In this document: one piece after another, positions 54,791 to 64,000 of the stretch | Layout of the letters: every line of letters begins with the position of its first letter | Numbering within the stretch: position 1 is the first letter of the stretch | Assembly: GCF_031769215.1 (NCBI RefSeq) | Contig: NW_026782650.1 | Coordinates: 496,001 to 560,000 of the forward strand | Source of the DNA: Ylistrum balloti | Lineage: Eukaryota | DNA: 64,000 bases | Direction: 5' to 3' | Position numbers and translations under genes: made by a program | Notes under the pieces: model-generated | Seen by the model: the letters and a program-made list of their open reading frames with translations, nothing else | Told to the model about the DNA's origin: nothing | The model's database searches: none

Positions 54791-55113
54791 TACATGAACA
54801 GGTAAATATAAAAGTGGTGAAACTGAATCTGAAGACTTATTTTATATTATATGTAATGAACTACCAAGCATGGGCTCACATTCAAATCTATATGATATCT
54901 TTTGTTTTTGGTCAATTTTTAATTTCTAAACTCGACTTCTTGACATCCACCCTTCATATCCATGGTATTAACGACGAATCTCCCGAAAACAAAATGCTCT
55001 GTGATGCACGTGTTATTTCGCATGGTAAATTTTAATTCTTGGAAGTCATACCAAATTGAAATTCAGCAATGAGGTTAATGCTTTCTGTATCTATCCTTTG
55101 GTTAAAAATCAAG

Positions 55114-55695
55114 TAGTAGGATGGTACAGTGATGTGAAGCAGTTTTATTAATAATTCGGCTGCTAGGATCACTTTGTATAATAGTAGGATGGAACAGTGA
55201 TGTGAAGCAGTTTTATTAATTATTCGTCTCCAGGCTGAAGACGAAGACAAAACTGCGACATGTCGCAACTTATTACAGGCATTTACTGTATCTATAATTT
55301 CATTTGTGTTAGCATGGTAACCCAGCTTAGAGACTGCAGCTTGTTGTTTGTTGTACATATCTTATAAACAAAAAACAGCAGAGAAAAGAAATGTTGTCAA
55401 ATGGTCATTTATTAAATGTCAGGAACATTTCAAATACAACCATAATATCAATCACTGTTGTTATATAATATATAGATCTGAATGACATTAACTTCAGTCT
55501 ATATGTACAAAAAAAGATGGGGTACAAATTATCGGCACCGATGAGGGGCGCAAGATACATATACATGGAGGGATACATGATATGTAGAAAAATGCATCTC
55601 ATCACCCCTTGTTCGACTCCAGGCTGAAGACGAAAACAAAACTGCGACATGTCACAACTTATTACAGGCATTTACTGTATCTATGAATTCATTTG
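55114..55695. repeat. Two short direct duplications: ~45-nt core at 55114 and 55182; ~83 nt at 55224-55306 and 55613-55695
   Basis: TAGTAGGATGG..CAGTGATGTGAAGCAG occurs twice; CTCCAGGCTGAAGACGAA...CATTTG occurs twice. Confidence 0.85.
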
Positions 55696-55940
55696 CATTT
55701 CTATATATTATTCACGTGTATTTTCAACTTGCCTTCATTGGAATAACTCTACTACGTAAATGTCAAACCCTCATTCATTAATTCTGACAGGTTAGATATA
55801 AAGTCTTGTTTATTTCATTTCATATAACATACAGCAATCATTGTTATCCTTCAACAAATAGAACACAAACATTTAAACGTCTGTCCTTACCTTAACATTA
55901 CCTGACATAATTGGTATAATTTGGATTGTTACAATAACAG

Positions 55941-56128
55941 TCTGGTAACAGCACGTTTAACCGGGCCTTGTTGATGAACATCGGTTACGCCGAGTCTGTG
56001 AAGATCAACAACTACAATTGTTTCGTTTTCCATGACGTTGACCTGATACCGGAGGATGACCGGATTCACTACGGATGTGGCAAGCAGCCCCGCCATCTAT
56101 CGGCTGCTATTGATAAATTCCAATACAG
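55941..56128 (+). CDS. GT7 glycosyltransferase, coding exon 3
   Basis: SGNSTFNRALLMNIGY...CFVFHDVDLIPEDDR...PRHLSAAIDKFQY-R, including the DxD metal-binding motif. Phase 0 to 2. Confidence 0.95.
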
Positions 56129-56499
56129 GTGAAAGAATCGGCAACATTTTACAATAAAAGAAATAAACATGTATTGTAGCCGATATTATTTTACAAATTG
56201 CATCAACATATGCATATGTAAGTTTATCCAAACAAATATAAATACATTAAGATAATGTGATTAGGAGAATTCTGAACTTAACTTTATAATTCACGGTACT
56301 GAAAAAGAGACAGGACCAAACCATAGATTTGATCAGTTCATTTGGATGACCAATTCTATTTTAGAAGTAGTCCTGGTAGTATATTGTGTTACTGTTCTTA
56401 GTTGTTAAATTTTAAGACCTTAGTGTCCTGGTTTTATTTCATATTCACTTTATTGTTTATCGATATTCCTTGATCCGTTACGAAAGACAACATGAAATT

Positions 56500-56670
56500 T
56501 AAAAAATATCCCTTGAAACATCGCCAGAAACAACAGGTATTATCAAATATCTTCCTCGAAACATCACCACAAACAACAGGTATTATTAAATATCTCCCTC
56601 GAAACATCACCAGAAACAACAGGATTCTTTTAAAGATATGCCTCAACACATCACCAGAAACAACATGAAA
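56500..56670. repeat. 43-nt tandem repeat, ~4 copies, glycosyltransferase intron 3
   Basis: CAACAGG recurs at 56531, 56574 and 56617. Confidence 0.88.
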
Positions 56671-56744
56671 TAAAACGTGTTACACAGTTCACATGTTGAA
56701 TCACTGCTTGTATGACATTGTAGTTAACACTGTTTTGCTTGCAG

Positions 56745-56867
56745 ACTTCCTTACAAAAATCTGTTTGGAGGAGTCTCACAATTACCCAAAGAAGTCTTTG
56801 TTAGGATAAACGGATTCTCGAACAAATATTTTGGTTGGGGAGGAGAGGATGACGACTTAAGCGTAAG
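56745..56867 (+). CDS. GT7 glycosyltransferase, coding exon 4
   Basis: R-LPYKNLFGGVSQL...INGFSNKYFGWGGEDDDLSV-R, the catalytic GWGGEDDD motif. ttgcAG acceptor, ag|GTGAGG donor, phase 2 to 2. Confidence 0.95.
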
Positions 56868-57073
56868 GTGAGGGCGAGAATAGTAACCAAAATACTATGA
56901 CTATCTGATAATGAAGATTGTTGAAAAGTGATCACTCAAGCTCCTGTGAATGACCATCTTTCTACCATTTAATTCTTTTCCAACGATGGCAATTTGGAAT
57001 TTTATTATAAGGTAGTTTAAGTGTTCTGAATTGTTATAAAACAGTATACAGATGATAGTTGGTATATTGACAG

Positions 57074-57159
57074 AGTACGTACTGAAGGATACACTGTGGA
57101 GAGGTATTCAATGAATATTGCCAGATACAGAATGATCAAACATGAGCATGAAAGCAGTA
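57074..57159 (+). CDS. GT7 glycosyltransferase, coding exon 5 (3' end missing or undefined)
   Basis: ttgacAG acceptor. Reads R-VRTEGYTVERYSMNIARYRMIKHEHESS with the conserved ARYxMIxH metal-ligand motif. The expected NxxNPxR end and phase-2 donor are absent; the sequence runs into the 38-nt satellite. Confidence 0.85.
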
Positions 57160-57164
57160 TAGCA

Positions 57165-60100
57165 CAAAAACAAACTACCAAGCATCTTATCACAGATATA
57201 ACACAAAACAAAACAAACCACCAGATATATCATCACAGACACACTACAAAACAAACCACCAGATATATCATCACAGACACACTACAAAACAAACCACCAG
57301 ATATATCATCACAGACACACTACAAAACAAACCACCAGATATATCATCACAGACACACTACAAAACAAACCACCAGATATCTCATCACAGACACACTACA
57401 AAACAAACCACCAGATATATCATCACAGACACACTACAAAACAAACCACCAGATATCTCATCACAGACACACTACAAAACAAACCACCAGATATCTCATC
57501 ACAGACACACTACAAAACAAACCACCAGATATCTCATCACAGACACACTACAAAACAAACCACCAGATATCTCATCACAGACACACTACAAAACAAACCA
57601 CCAGATATCTCATCACAGACACACTACAAAACAAACCACCAGATATCTCATTACAGACACACTACAAAACAAACCACCAGATATCTCATTACAGACACAC
57701 TACAAAACAAACCACCAGATATATCATCACAGACACACTACAAAACAAACCACCAGATATCTCATCACAGACACACTACAAAACAAACCACCAGATTACA
57801 TACACAGTACAAAACAAACCACCAGAAATTTCATCACAGACACACTACAAAACAAACCACCAGATATCTCATCACAGACACACTACAAAACAAACCACCA
57901 GATATCTCATCACAGACACATACACAGTACAAAACAAACCACCAGATATCTCATCACAGACACACACAGACACACTACAAAACAAACCACCAGATATCTC
58001 ATCACAGACACACTACAAAACAAACCACAGATATATCATCACAGACACATACAAAACAAACCACCAGATATCTCATCACAGACACACTACAAAACAAACA
58101 CCACAAAACAAACCACCAGATATCTCATCACAGACACACTACAAAACAAACCACCAGATATATCATCACAGACACACTACAAAACAAACCACCAGATATC
58201 TCATCACAGACACACTACAAAACAAACCACCAGATATCTCATCACAGACACACTACAAAACAAACCACCAGATATATCATCACAGACACACTACAAAACA
58301 AACCACCAGATATCTCATCACAGACACACTACAAAACAAACCACCAGATATCTCATCACAGACACACTACAAAACAAACCACCAGATATCTCATCACAGA
58401 CACACTACAAAACAAACCACCAGATATATCATCACAGACACACTACAAAACAAACCACCAGATATCTCATCACAGACACACAACAAAACAAACCACCAGA
58501 TATCTCATCACAGACACACAACAAACCACCAGATATCTCATCGCCGACACACTACAAAACAAACCACCAGATATCTCATCGCCGACACACTACAAAACAA
58601 ACCACCAGATATCTCATCACCGACACACTACAAAACAAACCACCAGATATCTCATTACAGACACACTACAAAACAAACCACCAGATATCTCATCACAGAC
58701 ACACTACAAAACAAACCACCAGATATCTCATCACAGACACACTACAAAACAAACCACCAGATATCTCATCACAGACACACTACAAAACAAACCACCAGAT
58801 ATATCATCACAGACACACTACAAAACAAACCACCAGATATATCATCACAGACACACAGACACACTACAAAACAAACCACCAGATATCTCATCACAGACAC
58901 ACTACAAAACAAACCACCAGATATCTCATCACAGACACACTACAAAACAAACCACCAGATATCTCATCACAGACACACTACAAAACAAACCACCAGATAT
59001 CTCATCACAGACACACTACAAAACAAACCACCAGATATCTCATCACAGACACACTACAAAACAAACCACCAGATATCTCATCACAGACACACTACAAAAC
59101 AAACCACCAGATATCTCATCACAGACACACTACAAAACAAACCACCAGATATCTCATCACAGACACACTACAAAACAAACCACCAGATATCTCATCACAG
59201 ACACACTACAAAACAAACCACCAGATATCTCATCACAGACACACTACAAAACAAACCACCAGATATCTCATCACAGACACACTACAAAACAAACCACCAG
59301 ATATCTCATCACAGACACACTACAAAACAAACCACCAGATATCTCATCACAGATATCTCATCACAGACACACTACAAAACAAACCAACAGATATCTCATC
59401 ACAGACACACTACAAAACAAACCACCAGAAATTTCATCACAGACACACTACAAAACAAACCACCAGATATATCATCACAGACACACAGATATATCACACA
59501 GACACACTACAAACCACAAACCACAGATATATCATCACAGACACACTACAAAACAAACCACCAGATATCTCATCACAGACACACTACAAAACAAACCACC
59601 AGATACAGACATCACAGACACACTACAAAACAAACCACCAGATATCACAGACACACTCATCACACAGACACACTACAAAACAAACCACCAGATATCTCAT
59701 CACATACACACTACAAAACAAACCACCAGATATATCATCACCGACACACTACAAAACAAACCACCAGATATCTCATCACAGACACACTACAAAACAAACC
59801 ACCAGATATCTCATCACAGACACACTACAAAACAAACCACCAGATATATCATCACAGACACACTACAAAACAAACCACCAGATATATCATCACAGACACA
59901 CTACAAAACAAACCACCAGATATCTCATCACAGACACACTACAAAACAAACCACCAGATATCTCATCACAGACACACTACAAAACAAACCACCAGATATC
60001 TCATCACAGACACACTACAAAACAAACCACCAGATATCTCATCACAGACACACTACAAAACAAACCACCAGATATCTCATCACAGACACACTACAAAACA

Positions 60101-61870
60101 AACCACCAGATATATCATCACAGACACACTACAAAACAAACCACCAGATATATCATCACAGACACACAACAAAACAAACCACCAGATATCTCATCACAGA
60201 CACACTACAAAACAAACCACCAGATATCTCATCACAGACACACTACAAAACAAACCACCAGATATATCATCACAGACACACTACAAAACAAACCACCAGA
60301 TATCTCATCAGATATCTCATCACAGACATAACAAAAATCAAACCACCAGATATCTCATCACAGACACACTACAAAACAAACCACCAGATATCTCATCACA
60401 GACACACTACAAAACAAACCACCAGATATCTCATCACAGACACACTACAAAACAAACCACCAGATATCTCATCACAGACACACTACAAAACAAACCACCA
60501 GATTACATACACAGTACAAAACAAACCACCAGATATATCATCACCGACACACTACAAAACAAACCACCAGATATATCATCACAGACACACTACAAAACAA
60601 ACCACCAGATATCTCATCACAGACACACTACAAAACAAACCACCAGATATCTCATCACAGACACACTACAAAACAAACCACCAGATATCTCATCACAGAC
60701 ACACTACAAAACAAACCACCAGATATCTCATCACAGACACACTACAAAACAAACCACCAGATATCTCATCACAGACACACTACAAAACAAACCACCAGAT
60801 ATCTCATCACAGACACACTACAAAACAAACCACCAGATATCTCATCACAGACACACTACAAAACAAACCACCAGTTATCTCATTACAGACACACTACAAA
60901 ACAAACCACCAGATATATCATCACAGACACACTACAAAACAAACCACCAGATATCTCATCACAGACACACTACAAAACAAACCACCAGATATCTCATCAC
61001 AGACACAGTACAAAACAAACCACCAGATTACATACACAGTACAAAACAAACCACCAGATATCTCATCACAGACACACTACAAAACAAACCACCAGATATC
61101 TCATCACAGACACACTACAAAACAAACCACCAGATATATCATCACAGACACACAACAAAACAAACCACCAGATATATCATCACAAACACACAACAAAACA
61201 AACCACCAGATATATCATCACAGACACACAACAAAACAAACCACCAGATTACATACACAGTACAAAACAAACCACCAGATATATCATCACCGACACACTA
61301 CAAAACAAACCACCAGTTATCTCATCACATACACGCTACAAAACAAACCACCAGTTATCTCATCACAGACACACTACAAAACAAACCACCAGATATCTCA
61401 TCACAGACACACTACAAAACAAACCACCAGATATCTCATCACAGACACACTACAAAACAAACCACCAGATATCTCATCACAGACACACTACAAAACAAAC
61501 CATTAGTTATCTCATTACAGACACACTACAAAACAAACCACCAGATATATCATCACAGACACACTACAAAACAAACCACCAGATATATCATCACAGACAC
61601 ACTACAAAACAAACCACCAGATATCTCATCACAGACACACTACAAAACAAACCACCAGATATCTCATCACAGACACACTACAAAACAAACCACAAGATAT
61701 CTCATCAGATATCTCATCACAGACATAACAAAAATCAAACTACAAAATATTACAGACACACTACAAAACAAACCACCAGATATATCATCACAGACACACT
61801 ACAAAACAAACCACCAGTTATCTCATTACAGACAACAAAAAATCAAACTACAAAATATCACAGACACAAA
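57165..61870. repeat. 38-nt satellite (CCAGATATCTCATCACAGACACACTACAAAACAAACCA), ~120 copies
   Basis: Periodicity read directly. Three units give the 38-aa pseudo-repeat of the 1592-aa ORF; the + strand unit contains no TAA, TAG or TGA. Confidence 0.98.
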
Positions 61871-62080
61871 ATAAGACAAAACTACAAGACACCTGATCAT
61901 AAATACAATACAAATCTCAGTTTGTTCCGTTGCACATAATTTATTCAATCTGTTATCCTTTACGTAAAGACACAACCGAAGGCAGTATTACTTGTCTGTA
62001 ATAAAGAATTAATATCCAAATGCTGTATATTCATATGAGCACCATTTACATTTTTTATATCTGATGTAAATCTTTTCTAG

Positions 62081-62216
62081 ATTTGGTCTCCTTAAAAAAG
62101 CAAATAAGCGATATAAAACTGACGGACTGAACAGCCTCAAATACCAAGTGTTAAATATCACGTATAACAAGTTGTACACGATGGTGTCGGTGTTGGTGAA
62201 ACAATCAGACTACAAG
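62081..62216 (+). CDS. GT7 glycosyltransferase, coding exon 6; missed by the ORF track
   Basis: tcttttctAG acceptor, phase 2. Reads R-FGLLKKANKRYKTDGLNSLKYQVLNITYNKLYTMVSVLVKQSDYK with the conserved DGLNSLxY and LYT. It either ends at donor aag|GTAGGT (62217) or reads through to TAA at 62316-62318. Confidence 0.9.
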
Positions 62217-64000
62217 GTAGGTAACACTGACGACGAATCTTTTCTGCAGAAATGTTTTATCAAGTTCTTGTTATTTAAGATGCTGCAACCAAACTGTCGT
62301 TATAACAGAACAAAATAACACTACTATTGGTGTAATGACACTCAGTTAAGAAAATAAAATATTGAGACCACACGTGTGCATTATCACGTTATGAAAGACA
62401 CATTATGATGCTAACATCGCTAATCTAAAATTTGCGTCTGTCTAATAAAATGCAGTTTTAATTTTTTTGCAAAAGGAATTTATATGATATGCGGAATCTT
62501 AAAGTTGTTTCCATTGAATGTGACATTTTTAAAACTCGTTTTTTGGGTTTCTTTTATTCATAATTCTAAACCAATTCATCATTCTATCATGTGAGCAGAA
62601 AGTCATGTAATAATATCACCTAGACAATAATTACTGTTAAACAACAGTTCGATGGTTAAATATATCCATACTATAACACTAATACAATAGTGTTTTTGTT
62701 TTATAAGTCTCTACTGGTTTAGAGTCCACATTATATGATATGTGATTTCTGCAATACAAAAGTAGTGTTTATGCAACCTCTTTATATTTGCCAATTCTTT
62801 ACATTTTAGTGAATACGTGATGAACACGTCCAGCTCCCGATATGCTGACTTCACAGCAGCTGTACAAGAGACCTCGCTGCCTCGTTGTGCATGTGAAAGA
62901 TAAATATGGCGTTCCATTTTGCTTCAGGTCCAGCTATAAAATGCTGTTCCAAGGCGCATTTATTTGAGAAAAATGATTACCTTAATTGGATGTTCACATA
63001 AGAACCGAAAGGTATGAAAGGAAAGGCCTAGGTTTTGTCCATGACACTCCAGCGTAATGATTTTACATTTAATGCAATTGATATTTCTCAGATGTTTTTA
63101 GTTTTTTCTACTTGAAGATGACAACTTTAGAATAAATACTATGCATGTGTTTGTAATGACGTTGTACTGTCGTTATTATTTTACCGTGGTGAGTAAACGT
63201 TATCTTGGTAACACTAGTACTCCTTTGAACTCTTTGCAACATTTCGCCATATTGTCACAGAGCATTCACATATTCAAATGAACCCATACAAGAAACTTAT
63301 ACAGCAAATATTGAAAAGTACAATGGATAATCATTAACATCGACTTTGCCTTTTTAATTTGTGTACACCTGTGATCTTCAAATCTAACGATATTATGTGT
63401 TGGTATGCATAGATTTTGATACACCTTCTATTGTTTCATATGTAAGAAAATACAATTTTCCCATGACCGACCGATATAAGTTTTTCATCCATTTTAACGA
63501 AGACGTACAACAGGCTTTCCATGAATGTTCAGTAACAGGAATATATATCATTGCTTCCATACCTATTAATACGTATTTGATGTTCACATGCATTCTGGTA
63601 TAAACGCAATCCGTATAGTATCGTCATATTTAGCAATAAAGATGTGACAAATTGTTTTTCGTTTTGAAAACGTCTTTCTCTGTTTTCCATAATCTTATAT
63701 TTACACCAATGAAAGGAATATTATAATCCAAACTTTCTATTCTTTGAATGTTGAAATCAATTTGGATACAACTTTGTTTGAAAATCTTCTTACCGTAGAC
63801 CTTAATTCAAACATCTTCAAACGTGCAGCCCTTAATAAAGTTTAGCAACAGATTTTGATTTGGACAGTAATAATTGTTGTATTTTCAATGTATGTATGTT
63901 TCCTTGATAGTAATTGTTTTCCAATGTAATGTAAATTAGGAGGTATAAAGAAGTTGTAATAACTTGTACCTCATCTCTTTTTCTGATGTTGACAATGCAT

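Noticed and set aside
57096-61874. 1592-aa ORF as a real repeat protein
   Set aside because: Only the first ~20 aa are coding (GT7 exon 5). The rest is a 38-nt satellite cycling through all three frames, open only because the strand lacks stop triplets.
1-64000. rRNA, tRNA or prokaryotic operon features
   Set aside because: No cloverleaf, rRNA-like segment or operon structure was seen; the genes are spliced eukaryotic genes.

Overview
AT-rich eukaryotic (animal) genomic DNA. The gene types and repeat landscape suggest a mollusc, probably a bivalve (inference). Three + strand spliced genes are supported. (1) The 3' end of an unidentified gene built from very short exons (8-72 nt), from before position 1 to a stop at 12850; it is invisible to the ORF track. 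(2) A complete 4-exon class A GPCR of the neuromedin U / pyrokinin / CAPA (PRXamide) receptor family, 21764-37345, about 512 aa. (3) A GT7-family beta-1,4-glycosyltransferase, predicted GalNAc-transferase (BRE-4-like), coding exons from 51104 to about 62300. Its fifth exon runs without a usable splice donor into a 4.7 kb 38-nt satellite, which explains the 1592-aa ORF. About 18-19 kb (~29%, estimated by hand) is tandem repeat from more than 15 unrelated minisatellite families. The window also holds a 502-bp tandem duplication, two decayed LINE fragments, and an inverted repeat carrying a hammerhead-ribozyme-like core typical of Penelope-like element ends. Most ORF-track entries are repeat or intron artefacts. 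All coordinates and translations were derived by hand; no database searches were run.
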